Virus record (IMG/VR): IMGVR_UViG_3300033513_000019
Span: 1 to 43,794 of that record
Length of the DNA stretch: 43,794 bases
Reading direction: 5' to 3' (one strand)
Source: a virus
Taxonomy: Duplodnaviria > Caudoviricetes
Below are positions 8,431 through 16,857 of this stretch, piece after piece. Position numbers and translations under genes: made by a program. How positions within the stretch are numbered: the stretch's first letter is position 1; each line of letters opens with the position of its first letter. The notes beneath the pieces are model-generated. The model was not told where the DNA came from. It ran no database searches and was given only the letters and a program-made list of their open reading frames with translations.

Positions 8431-8532
8431 GGGAGCGTGGCAGAATCGGTAAGGCACGTCGGCGCGCGCACTCGTTGGAACGTAAGCCATCGAGTTCGAC
8501 GACGGACGCGGGTTCGACTCCCGCCGTTTCCA
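8431..8532 (+). ncRNA. Non-canonical tRNA-like RNA 1 (Ala identity, extended anticodon arm)
   Basis: Acceptor GGGAGCG/CGTTTCC + A73; D-like TGGCAGAATCGGTAAGGCA; stem CGTCG/CGACG; T-arm GCGGG-TTCGACT-CCCGC; no canonical anticodon loop. Confidence 0.7.
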
Positions 8533-8656
8533 AGAACTGAGGGGCCAGCTCGGGCCGTCAACCTGAGTCCCTCTACCGCCCGGTGCGCTCGCCTTGACAG
8601 GGCGTCGACGTTTCCGGGGGATGGCCGCGACTCCCTGGCGCGTAGTCCAGGGGCAC

Positions 8657-8718
8657 GGGAGAGAGGGGCGTCGTGTCAAGCAACGCGGCCGAAGCGGGTT
8701 CGATCCCCGCCTCTTCCA
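8657..8718 (+). ncRNA. Non-canonical tRNA-like RNA 2 (Ala identity, no D arm); 5' boundary uncertain
   Basis: Acceptor GGGAGAG/CTCTTCC + A73 with G3-U70; T-arm GCGGG-TTCGATC-CCCGC. Confidence 0.55.
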
Positions 8719-8720
8719 TC

Positions 8721-8756
8721 GCCCGACTGCCATGGATGCGGAAGGGCTTGTTTTTT
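8721..8756 (+). terminator. Putative intrinsic terminator or attenuator
   Basis: GCCC-ga-CTGC..GCGG-aa-GGGC followed by TTGTTTTTT. Confidence 0.45.
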
Positions 8757-8778
8757 CGAGTAGCGCACGGGAGGCAAT

Positions 8779-9576
8779 ATGAGCCAGGACACGATAAAAA
8801 AAACGCTGTTAGATATTCGCGCCACGAAAAAAGATTTCGTCGTTATTTTTTCGGGCAAGAAAAAAAACACGGTAAATGGCTTATATCATTCCGCGACCTG
8901 CGAAATCGTCTTGCACAATCGCAATTTCGAGAGCGAAAACGATCTTTTATTTACGGCCATCCACGAGTACGCGCACCATATTGACGCGACCGAATACGCG
9001 GGACTCAAGGGCGGAGCGCGAGGGCATACCGTCCGCTTTTGGTCGATCTTCCACGACCTCCTGGACGAAGCCGAAAAAAAGAAACTGTATCGCGGGCCGG
9101 ATGCTGTCGCCGAGGTCGTGGAAATCACGAAGCGAATAGAATCACTCCTCGCGGACTCCGGCCGCATTATGAAGGAAATCGGCGCGGCTCTCATCGATGC
9201 CGACGGCATCCTCAAGAAAAACGGCGGGCGAATCGAAGACCTCATCATGCGAAAACTTCACCAGTCTATGCCGTGGGCGAAGGCCGCAATGTCCGCTTTC
9301 GCGTATAGCCTCGATAAAAAAATCGGAATGAAGAACATGGGATTCCTCGCGGCGATTCGTAACCCCGAGAAACGCGCGGAAACGGAAACCGGCCTTTTGA
9401 CGAATAAGACGCTCGCGCAGGTGAAAGTGAATGCTGGCGGCGAGAGCGAGCCGGGGGATATCGTCGAGCGATTGAAAAAAGAGGTCGCGAGGATCGACCG
9501 GACGATAGAGTCGCTTTCCCGAAGGCGCGACGAAGTAAAAAAAGAACTTTCTTTGAATTACAAGCTGGACCTTTAG
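8779..9576 (+). CDS. SprT-like zinc metalloprotease domain protein with C-terminal coiled coil
   Basis: NGLY..EIVLHN..TAIHEYAHH (HExxH)..GHTVRFW. Confidence 0.75.
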   Translation: MSQDTIKKTLLDIRATKKDFVVIFSGKKKNTVNGLYHSATCEIVLHNRNFESENDLLFTAIHEYAHHIDATEYAGLKGGARGHTVRFWSIFHDLLDEAEKKKLYRGPDAVAEVVEITKRIESLLADSGRIMKEIGAALIDADGILKKNGGRIEDLIMRKLHQSMPWAKAAMSAFAYSLDKKIGMKNMGFLAAIRNPEKRAETETGLLTNKTLAQVKVNAGGESEPGDIVERLKKEVARIDRTIESLSRRRDEVKKELSLNYKLDL

Positions 9577-9598
9577 CGCATAACTTCCGGGAGGACTC

Positions 9599-12175
9599 TT
9601 GAGCGTCTTCGATCAAGCAAAACGATGTATCACCTCCGCGCTCATCTCCTCCCTGTTCCCCGGCGGGGAGTGGAGGAGCGACGGCGACTACTGGGTCGCC
9701 TCTCCCCTTCGCCAGGATTCCGACTCCCGCGACTCTTTCCACTTTACCGAAAAAGACGGCGTCTGGCTTTATAAAGATTTCGTAAACGGCGAAGGCGGCG
9801 ACGTGATCGACCTCCTCGCCAAGACTTCCGGCAAAACACCGAAGGAAGCCGCGACCGAGATAATCAAGAAGGCCGGACAGACTCCCGAAGAGGGCTACCC
9901 CGAGCCGAAGACGAAAAAGAAAAAGGCCCCCGAATGGATACCCGCTCCCGCCGACGCCGTCCCCGAGTGCCCAGGCGCGAAGACCGCCCCCGACCTCAAG
10001 ATCGCCTACCGGCTCGCCGACGGCCGCGTCGCCTTCTACGTTTTCCGGTGGGACGCCGGGACGCTCGAAAAAGAAAAGACCATCCGACCCGTGCATCTCA
10101 CCGCCGAGGGCTGGAAACACGGGATTCCCGACGCGATAAAAAGCGCGCGCCCGCTCCTCGGCCTTCCGAAAATCATAGCCTCCGAAGGCAAGCCGATCCT
10201 CATAGTCGAGGGCGAGAAAAAAGCCGTCGCGGCCTTGACGCATCTCGACGGCTGGGTCGTTACCGCGTGGCACGGCGGGGCGTCTAGCACGGCCAAGACC
10301 GACTGGAGCCCGCTCACGCAAGCCGCCGCCGAGGGCCGCGTCGTGATCTGGCCGGACGCTGATGAGCCCGGCCTCAAGGCGGCGGCAGGCATCGCGAAGC
10401 GCCTCCCCGGCGCGGCGATCCTCGACATCCAGGGACGGGCTCAGGGCTGGGACATCGCCGACGCCGTAGCCGAAGGCATCGACCCCGCCGCCTTCCTTGA
10501 GTCCTGCCCGCGCCTCTTAAAAACGCCCGAAACCGAAAACGCCGACGCCGAGACAAGCCAGTTTTTCCGCTGTCTCGGCTACGACGCCGAGCGCTACTGG
10601 TTCCTCCGCGAGGGCAAGCGCATCCCACAGACCATCGGCCTCGGGCAGTTCAACGCGTCACGCATCCAAGAGCTCGCACCACTCGCGTGGTGGAGCGTCA
10701 AGGGCATGGTCGGCGATCAAGGCGGGATCAAGGTCGCCATCGCGCAGGACTACCTTAACATGATTCAATTCAACGTCGGCCGCTACGCTCCCGACCGATT
10801 GCGCGGCGCTGGAGTCTGGCGCGACGGGGACGAGATCATCATAAACGACGGCCGCCGCATCGTGACCCGTGAAGGCCAGGCCGTCGCCTATGCGGATTTT
10901 AAGAGCCCGTTTTTCTACCTGTCCTCAGACGCGATTTTCGGCGACCTTATCGGCGACGCGGCGACGGATCAAGAGGGCCGCGACCTCATGGAGCTTTTTC
11001 AGGTTCAAGGCTGGATGAAAAAAACGCATGCGCTCGCCGCGATGGGCTGGGCGCTGATCGCGACTTTCGGCGGCGCGCTGTCCTGGCGTCCGCATATCTG
11101 GATTAGCGGCAAGCGCGGCACGGGCAAGACGTGGATCATCGAGCATTTGATAGACCAGCTCCTCGGGCCGTTCGGCTATCTCGGCACGGGCAAGACCTCT
11201 GAGGCCGTTATCCGCCGGAGCCTCAAGACGGACGCGCGACCCGTGCGCCTGGACGAGATGGAGCCGAAGGACCGCAAGTCAATCGAGTCCATCGCGTCGA
11301 AGCTGGAGCTGGAGCGCAACGCCAGCTCGGACGCCTCGGCCTTCATGGACGTCTGTGCCCCCGACGGCGGCGTCATGCAGTTCCGTATCCGTTCCGCGTT
11401 TTGTAATGCGAGCGTGAGAATCCCGAACATGGACGCGGCGATAGAATCGCGCTTTATCCGCACAGAATTGCGCTACATGGTGCCCGAGGCGATGGCGGAG
11501 AAGAAAAAGCGAAGCGCGGAGCTTATGCGCCGGTGCATGAAAGAGCCGGGACGCTTCCGCCGCCGCATATTCCGCGCGCTCCCTCAGATCATCGACAACA
11601 TAGACTGGCTTCGCGACTCGGACGCGCTGGACGGGATCGGAGACCAGCGGCAGGTGGACCAGTGGGCGCCGATCATCGCGGCGGTGTGGGCTGTCATGCA
11701 CGAGGGGCCGATGGAATGCGCGGAGGGCGCGCACTTCGTGGCCGAGTGGGGCGATGAGCTGACGACGTACCAGGACGACCTCATCGAGGACGAGGACCGG
11801 GTCATTGAGCTGATTTTATCAGCGACGGTGGAGAACGACCAGAAAAAGCGGCGCACGGTGGCGGAGCTACTCGACAAGGCGTCGGGCTTCGCGGACGCGG
11901 ACGCCGAAGAACTCCTAGAGCGCAACGGCCTGCGATGGTACAGGCAGAAAGACGGCGTCGAGGTGTTGGCCGTCGCGTGCAATTCCGAGGCGATAAAAAA
12001 GATGATGTCCGATTCTACCTACTCGACGGGATACGACTCGCAGATACGGCGGCACGGGCTGTGCTTGACGGGTGCGGAGACGGTGCCGGTCAGGATGGCG
12101 GGGAAGAGTACGCGGGCGCGGCTCATCGCGTGGAAAGAGTTTAAGGACATGTATATGAAGGGGGAAGAGGGATGA
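9599..12175 (+). CDS. DNA primase-helicase (TOPRIM + P-loop NTPase)
   Basis: N-terminal SPLRQD..SF..YKDF..GEGGDVIDL (degenerate CHC2-like); ILIVEGEKKA; WPDADEPG; Walker A GKRGTGKT; VRLDEME. Confidence 0.88.
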   Translation: MSVFDQAKRCITSALISSLFPGGEWRSDGDYWVASPLRQDSDSRDSFHFTEKDGVWLYKDFVNGEGGDVIDLLAKTSGKTPKEAATEIIKKAGQTPEEGYPEPKTKKKKAPEWIPAPADAVPECPGAKTAPDLKIAYRLADGRVAFYVFRWDAGTLEKEKTIRPVHLTAEGWKHGIPDAIKSARPLLGLPKIIASEGKPILIVEGEKKAVAALTHLDGWVVTAWHGGASSTAKTDWSPLTQAAAEGRVVIWPDADEPGLKAAAGIAKRLPGAAILDIQGRAQGWDIADAVAEGIDPAAFLESCPRLLKTPETENADAETSQFFRCLGYDAERYWFLREGKRIPQTIGLGQFNASRIQELAPLAWWSVKGMVGDQGGIKVAIAQDYLNMIQFNVGRYAPDRLRGAGVWRDGDEIIINDGRRIVTREGQAVAYADFKSPFFYLSSDAIFGDLIGDAATDQEGRDLMELFQVQGWMKKTHALAAMGWALIATFGGALSWRPHIWISGKRGTGKTWIIEHLIDQLLGPFGYLGTGKTSEAVIRRSLKTDARPVRLDEMEPKDRKSIESIASKLELERNASSDASAFMDVCAPDGGVMQFRIRSAFCNASVRIPNMDAAIESRFIRTELRYMVPEAMAEKKKRSAELMRRCMKEPGRFRRRIFRALPQIIDNIDWLRDSDALDGIGDQRQVDQWAPIIAAVWAVMHEGPMECAEGAHFVAEWGDELTTYQDDLIEDEDRVIELILSATVENDQKKRRTVAELLDKASGFADADAEELLERNGLRWYRQKDGVEVLAVACNSEAIKKMMSDSTYSTGYDSQIRRHGLCLTGAETVPVRMAGKSTRARLIAWKEFKDMYMKGEEG

Positions 12176-12462
12176 AATATACACCGGGGCCGTGGAGCGT
12201 GGGCACGAAACAAGGCGATACGATAATCGCAGATAAAAAACACGCGCGCCACGATAGAGAGACGGGACACGACGCCATCGACTACTACGGCGGAGTATGC
12301 GTAGCCGAAAGCGTATTGCCGGAGAATCGGGAGCTTATCGCCGCCGCTCCGGAGATGCTTGAAGCCCTCAAGGCCGTGAATAGCTCGGCGGAATGGGATT
12401 ACCTCGAAGGCAACGTGCAAGAAGCGGTCGCGGCGGCTATCACGAAAGCGGAGGGCGTATGA
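12172..12462 (+). CDS. Hypothetical phage protein (KYTPGPW...LIAAAPEMLEAL family)
   Basis: Recurrent phage small-protein motifs. Confidence 0.7.
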   Translation: MKYTPGPWSVGTKQGDTIIADKKHARHDRETGHDAIDYYGGVCVAESVLPENRELIAAAPEMLEALKAVNSSAEWDYLEGNVQEAVAAAITKAEGV

Positions 12463-12716
12463 AGAAGGAATTCACAGACGCCGGTACATTCAACGCGGTA
12501 AACCGCGCCCGCGAATGGCTTCATGATCGGGGATATTCCGAGGGATCCATGTGCGGCGACGCCCCCATGGGAATACTTAAAGGTGATTTTCTTATCGCGA
12601 AATGGCGAAACCTGACCGCGAAAGAAAAAAAAGAATTGCACGGAGTAATCACGTCGCGCGATTTCCGCGAAGGCCCGGTGACCGTAGAGCTGTACGGAGT
12701 ACCCGATGGCCGCTGA
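12459..12716 (+). CDS. Hypothetical phage protein
   Basis: ATGA coupling; IAKWRNL motif. Confidence 0.65.
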   Translation: MKKEFTDAGTFNAVNRAREWLHDRGYSEGSMCGDAPMGILKGDFLIAKWRNLTAKEKKELHGVITSRDFREGPVTVELYGVPDGR

Positions 12717-13173
12717 ACACTCCGCCGTCCTCCAGCTCGGCCTCGTCGAAGCTACCCGGCGCGGCTGGCGCTTTTTCAAGAACGTCGTCGGCTCCGCATG
12801 GGTCGGGAAATTGTCGAATCAATGGAACGATTCAAAAGCCGGGAAGTGCGTCGAACTATCGAACGCGCATTTCCAACCGTTCGGGCTTCTCGTCCCGAGT
12901 AGCACGGACGGGAAAACGCACGGCGGCGGCCTCGACGCTATCGGCTGGCAAACGATCCGCGTAACGCCCGACATGATCGGCATGAGGCTTGCCATCTTCG
13001 CCGTCGCGGATGCGAAAACGGAAAGCTACTCCAAGATGAGCAAGGACCAGAAAAACTTTGTCCGCGAGGTTTTGAAGGCTGGCGGCATAGCGCTCATCAT
13101 TCGCCGAAGCTCCGACGGCGAGACGGTGGATTTTTACGAGGCGGGGCCGGAGGATCATCATGGAAAGGCTTGA
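12706..13173 (+). CDS. VRR-NUC-like PD-(D/E)xK nuclease
   Basis: FFKNVVG..FGL..GGLDAIGW..IFAVADAK..SKDQKNF..VLKAGGIA. Confidence 0.75.
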   Translation: MAAEHSAVLQLGLVEATRRGWRFFKNVVGSAWVGKLSNQWNDSKAGKCVELSNAHFQPFGLLVPSSTDGKTHGGGLDAIGWQTIRVTPDMIGMRLAIFAVADAKTESYSKMSKDQKNFVREVLKAGGIALIIRRSSDGETVDFYEAGPEDHHGKA

Positions 13174-13834
13174 CACGCGAGAGCGGCCGATTTTGTTTTC
13201 GGGCGAGATGGTTCGCGCGATACTCGAAGGGCAGAAGACGATGACGCGGCGAATCATTACCACCGTGAAGCTCAACGGCCGATTTAGAAAAATACGGGAA
13301 TTGAAAATAACCGATACACCCGGATACGACCTAATTATGCGCGATGGTCCTGGCGGGTGCTGGCATGACCTCCGAATGTCGGAGATGGTCCAGCGTTCGC
13401 CCTACGGCCAGCCCGGCGACCGGCTATGGGTGCGGGAGACTTGGTTCTATAACGGATGCGGAAACTGTGTCCCTCATTATCGAGCCACCGAGCCGGAATA
13501 CACGGGATACGAATACCGCCAAGCCGGGTGGAGCCCCTCTATATTCATGCCGCGCGCCATCTCGCGCATCCTGCTTGAGGTGACTGGCATCCGCGTCGAG
13601 CGCTTGCAGGGCATCAGCGAGGAAGACGCGAAGGCCGAAGGGGCAGAGGAAATAGGAGCACCAACCGGGCGCGTTGTTGGCGAAGGCAACGAAGAAGAGA
13701 TCGGAAGCTACCGCCTTGGCTTCACCCATCTTTGGGGTTCCATAAACGCCAAGCGCGGCTACGGCTGGGACTCTAACCCGTGGGTGTGGGTCGTCAGTTT
13801 CAAGCGCATCGGGGCTCCCCATGGCCGCGCCTAG
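13160..13834 (+). CDS. Conserved phage ASCH/PUA-like protein
   Basis: ERPILFSGEMVRAILEGQKTMTRR, PYGQPGDRLWVRETW, WSPSIFMPR, NPWVWVVSF. Confidence 0.8.
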   Translation: MERLDTRERPILFSGEMVRAILEGQKTMTRRIITTVKLNGRFRKIRELKITDTPGYDLIMRDGPGGCWHDLRMSEMVQRSPYGQPGDRLWVRETWFYNGCGNCVPHYRATEPEYTGYEYRQAGWSPSIFMPRAISRILLEVTGIRVERLQGISEEDAKAEGAEEIGAPTGRVVGEGNEEEIGSYRLGFTHLWGSINAKRGYGWDSNPWVWVVSFKRIGAPHGRA

Positions 13835-13988
13835 GCCGAAGTGCGGCGAGTGCGCGAAGTTCGAGGCGTGCTGGGGGAAAAATAATTCGCGCATCAAGGA
13901 CATGACGCCCGAGGCACGCGAGAAGGCTATGGCCGGATACGCGCAGGCGACGGCGGCTCCGGCGTGCTATGAGGAGCACAAGGCGTGA
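13821..13988 (+). CDS. Small Cys-containing protein (55 aa), not in ORF track
   Basis: MAAPRPKCGECAKFEAC...; fills the gap and overlaps the next start. Confidence 0.5.
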   Translation: MAAPRPKCGECAKFEACWGKNNSRIKDMTPEAREKAMAGYAQATAAPACYEEHKA

Positions 13989-14677
13989 TGGATAAGCCGT
14001 TCGGAATAGTATACGCCGCAAAAAATAAAATCACGGGGAAAATATACATAGGGCAAACCATTGTTTCCCTGAACGAGAGAAAAGGAGACCATAGAAGGAA
14101 AGCCGCGATATGGGAAAGCAAAAGTCATTTTCATTCGGCTATAAGAAAATACGGATTCGATGTTTTTACATGGGAAATAATCGACAAAGCCGAAAGCCGC
14201 GACGAATTAAACCATAAAGAAAAACATTGGATAGCTTTTTATAATTCGGCCAATCCTTCCACGGGCTACAATCTTACCCATGGCGGAGATTCTTTTGAGC
14301 TTACAGAAGAGGCGAGAAAAAAAATAGGCGATGCTTGCCGGGGGATCAAAAGAAGCGAATCCTTCAAGGCGCATTTGCGCGAGATAGAAAAAGGCGCTGG
14401 AAATCCTTTCTATGGAAGAAAGCATACCGAAGAGACAAAAAAGAAAAACGGTGCGGCGCATCGAGGGAAAAAGCTAAGACCGGAGCATGTCGCAAAATGC
14501 CTCAAGTGCGGAAGCGACAACGGCATGGCGAAAATAAACGAATCAATAGCTCTTGATATAAAAATAAGGTTTAGGAATGGTCAAAGGCAATGCGAGATAA
14601 TGCGAGCGCTCGGACTATCAAAAAACACGGTCCAGGGCGTTCTCCATGAAAAAACATGGAGGTATATAAAAATATGA
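13988..14677 (+). CDS. Free-standing GIY-YIG homing endonuclease with NUMOD3 motifs
   Basis: GIVYAAKNKITGKIYIGQT, AIRKYG, GYNLTHGG, NPFYGRKHTEETKKK; AT-rich. Confidence 0.9.
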   Translation: MDKPFGIVYAAKNKITGKIYIGQTIVSLNERKGDHRRKAAIWESKSHFHSAIRKYGFDVFTWEIIDKAESRDELNHKEKHWIAFYNSANPSTGYNLTHGGDSFELTEEARKKIGDACRGIKRSESFKAHLREIEKGAGNPFYGRKHTEETKKKNGAAHRGKKLRPEHVAKCLKCGSDNGMAKINESIALDIKIRFRNGQRQCEIMRALGLSKNTVQGVLHEKTWRYIKI

Positions 14678-16191
14678 TTCTCCGCAATTATCAAGACGAT
14701 GGAGTTCATGCTATTCGGAGCGACCTACGCGCGGGCGTCAAGCGGATCTGCTATACGCTACCGACCGGCGGCGGAAAGACCGCCATATATTCATACATAG
14801 CTCAAAAATCGGCCGAGAAGAAAAACCGGGTTTTGATCCTTGTCCACCGGAAAGAGATCCTGGAGCAAACGCTAAAAGCCCTTTTTCGGCTCGGCGTAGT
14901 CTCTGGACAGATCGCGGCCGGACGTTCGGTCACGCAGGACGGCATACAGACCGCGATGGTCGGCACGCTCGTCCGAAGGCTGGGCTCAATGCGCCGCCCC
15001 GATTTGATAATTACCGACGAATGTCACCACGCGCTAGAGGATAATTCGTGGGGAAAAATCCTCAAGTATTGGTCGGATGTCCCTAATATCGGCGTAACGG
15101 CCACGCCTTGCAGGCTAGATGGTCGTGGGCTTTTTGAGTCTTTCGATTCGCTTATTCGCGGCCCGAGCATTTCCGACCTAACCGCCCAGGGCTGGCTCTG
15201 CCCTCCCGTCCTCTATCGCCCGCCGGACGAGATCGCCCAGCTCTACCATATCAAGCGCGGCGACTTCGACACCTCCGAGCAGGTCAACGCGATGTCCGGC
15301 CGCAAGATCGTCGGCGACGTAATCGAACATTATCGCGAGCACCTGGACGGCTTGCCCGTGGTCTGCTTTTGCATATCCATTGAGCATAGCCGCCACATGG
15401 CTTCGCAATTCGAGCGCGCCGGATATCGCGCCCGCGTTGTGTGGGGGAATATGCCCCGCGAGGAGCGCGAGGCGGCGATCAAGGGCCTGGCCGACGGCTC
15501 CGTCCAGGTCGTCACGTCCTGCGATGTGATCTCCGAGGGCGTCGACGTGCCGGTCATGGCGGGCGCGATACTCCTCCGGCGCACGCTCTCCCTGGCGCTG
15601 TATCTCCAGCAAGCGGGGCGCGCGCTCCGGCCCGTGTTCCCCGCTGGCTTCGACGCGAACTCCGCGACCGCCGAGGAGCGCCTAGCCGCGATGGCCCGAG
15701 CTGGGAAGCCGCGCGCCGTGATCCTAGACCACGCGGGAAACTATCAGCTCCACGGGCACGTCCTGGCGCCGAGGAAATGGACGCTGGACGCGCGGCCGAG
15801 GAGCGAGCGGACGGAGCGGCCGCCGATGACGACGACCTGCCCGAAGTGCTACGGCGTGTGGCCGGGCGTGCCGCGCAGGTGCCCGGCGTGCGGGTTTGAT
15901 TTTACGACGCGGCCGCCCATGCGCGAGGTGGAGATAAAGACGATCAAGGGGACGCTCGTCGAGGCTGGCGTGTCGCCGGAGGCGGCGGAGAGCGTGGACG
16001 AGATGTACCGGAGGGCGATGTCGGCGGGGAGTGCGGCGGACAGGCAGAGGCTTATGCTCGCGGCGGCGTTTCGGGCGGCGGATAAGAGAACGGTGGACGC
16101 TTTATACAGAGAGGCGGGGTACGACCCGCACGCCTCGGACTGGGCGTGGAAGTATACGCGGGAGAAGATGAGGAAAGGAGGGGGAGCGTGA
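14674..16191 (+). CDS. SF2 DEAD/DEAH-like helicase (RadD/YejH-like) with C-terminal zinc finger
   Basis: LRNYQ, LPTGGGKT, DECHH, TATP, SEGVDVP, QQAGRALR, CPKC..CPACG. Confidence 0.92.
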   Translation: MILRNYQDDGVHAIRSDLRAGVKRICYTLPTGGGKTAIYSYIAQKSAEKKNRVLILVHRKEILEQTLKALFRLGVVSGQIAAGRSVTQDGIQTAMVGTLVRRLGSMRRPDLIITDECHHALEDNSWGKILKYWSDVPNIGVTATPCRLDGRGLFESFDSLIRGPSISDLTAQGWLCPPVLYRPPDEIAQLYHIKRGDFDTSEQVNAMSGRKIVGDVIEHYREHLDGLPVVCFCISIEHSRHMASQFERAGYRARVVWGNMPREEREAAIKGLADGSVQVVTSCDVISEGVDVPVMAGAILLRRTLSLALYLQQAGRALRPVFPAGFDANSATAEERLAAMARAGKPRAVILDHAGNYQLHGHVLAPRKWTLDARPRSERTERPPMTTTCPKCYGVWPGVPRRCPACGFDFTTRPPMREVEIKTIKGTLVEAGVSPEAAESVDEMYRRAMSAGSAADRQRLMLAAAFRAADKRTVDALYREAGYDPHASDWAWKYTREKMRKGGGA

Positions 16192-16379
16192 GTTATTTCG
16201 TGGTGGCGATTCATCCGCAAAGAGGCATACCCATGCCGATCATGGACGGCTCGGACGAAAACGAGGAAAAAATAAAGCTCTATAAAACCTTTTCCGAGGC
16301 CAAGGCTATGGCCGAAGAGCACGTCCTATGCAAGGCAGGCGGATACAAGATTATCAAATGGGAGTTTTGCGGGGCCTAG
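16188..16379 (+). CDS. Hypothetical protein
   Basis: GTGA coupling, RBS GGAGGGG. Confidence 0.55.
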   Translation: MSYFVVAIHPQRGIPMPIMDGSDENEEKIKLYKTFSEAKAMAEEHVLCKAGGYKIIKWEFCGA

Positions 16380-16421
16380 CCCGCGAAAACATGCCCGTCG
16401 CGAGACGGTCAAGGAGGCACT

Positions 16422-16595
16422 ATGAAGGATCTCGGTTGTATCACGTTCGTCCAGCCGCCGGAGTACACGGCGCACCTGGAGGCGGAGAAAAAAGACGGGC
16501 CGCATGACGTGACGGTCACGAAGACGGGGCGCTGTAGCACGTTGGGCGTGTGTCGGACGTGCGGGATTGAATGGCAGACGGATACGGGGGATTAG
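16422..16595 (+). CDS. Hypothetical protein (57 aa), not in ORF track
   Basis: RBS AAGGAGG; CRTC motif. Confidence 0.6.
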   Translation: MKDLGCITFVQPPEYTAHLEAEKKDGPHDVTVTKTGRCSTLGVCRTCGIEWQTDTGD

Positions 16596-16596
16596 A

Positions 16597-16857
16597 ATGA
16601 CGGGAAAATGCTGGGAAGTCGGGAAATACGATAGCGAGCCGCAACCGGTCGAAGTCGTAAAAGAAACGGAGGCAAAGGTCTCTATCAAGGAAACATGGTT
16701 TGGTGAGCAAATTCGGCAAAGTTGGAGAATGAAGCGCGGCCTCCATCTTTTCGCAACGTGGGAAGAGGCGAGGGCGTATATCGTTGAAATCGCAAGGACG
16801 AAACGCGATATAGCTGTCCGCGAACTAGCCCGAGCCGAGGCCCTCCACCGTGAATAG
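16597..16857 (+). CDS. Hypothetical protein
   Basis: VEVVKETEAKV..LFATWEEARAY pattern of small phage proteins. Confidence 0.6.
   Translation: MTGKCWEVGKYDSEPQPVEVVKETEAKVSIKETWFGEQIRQSWRMKRGLHLFATWEEARAYIVEIARTKRDIAVRELARAEALHRE

Noticed and set aside
8345-8533. Minus-strand ORF METAGVEPAS...
   Set aside because: Typical antisense translation of a tRNA/tmRNA T-arm and acceptor, not a protein
8674-8680. Genome-wide UGA recoding suggested by the TCA loop
   Set aside because: TGA is used as a normal stop in many coupled ATGA/GTGA junctions, and genes are intact in the standard code
8327-8720. Canonical tmRNA or canonical tRNA gene
   Set aside because: No tmRNA-type 5' D-loop motif or tag reading frame found; units are only 102 and 62 nt; no U33-containing 7-nt anticodon loop; CCA not encoded
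10359-10380. CTGATGAG hammerhead-like core inside the primase gene
   Set aside because: No stem II followed by GAAA; it encodes the conserved TOPRIM DADE motif
13988-14677. Group I intron around the GIY-YIG gene
   Set aside because: Both flanking genes are intact and overlap its start and stop, leaving no room for an intron core
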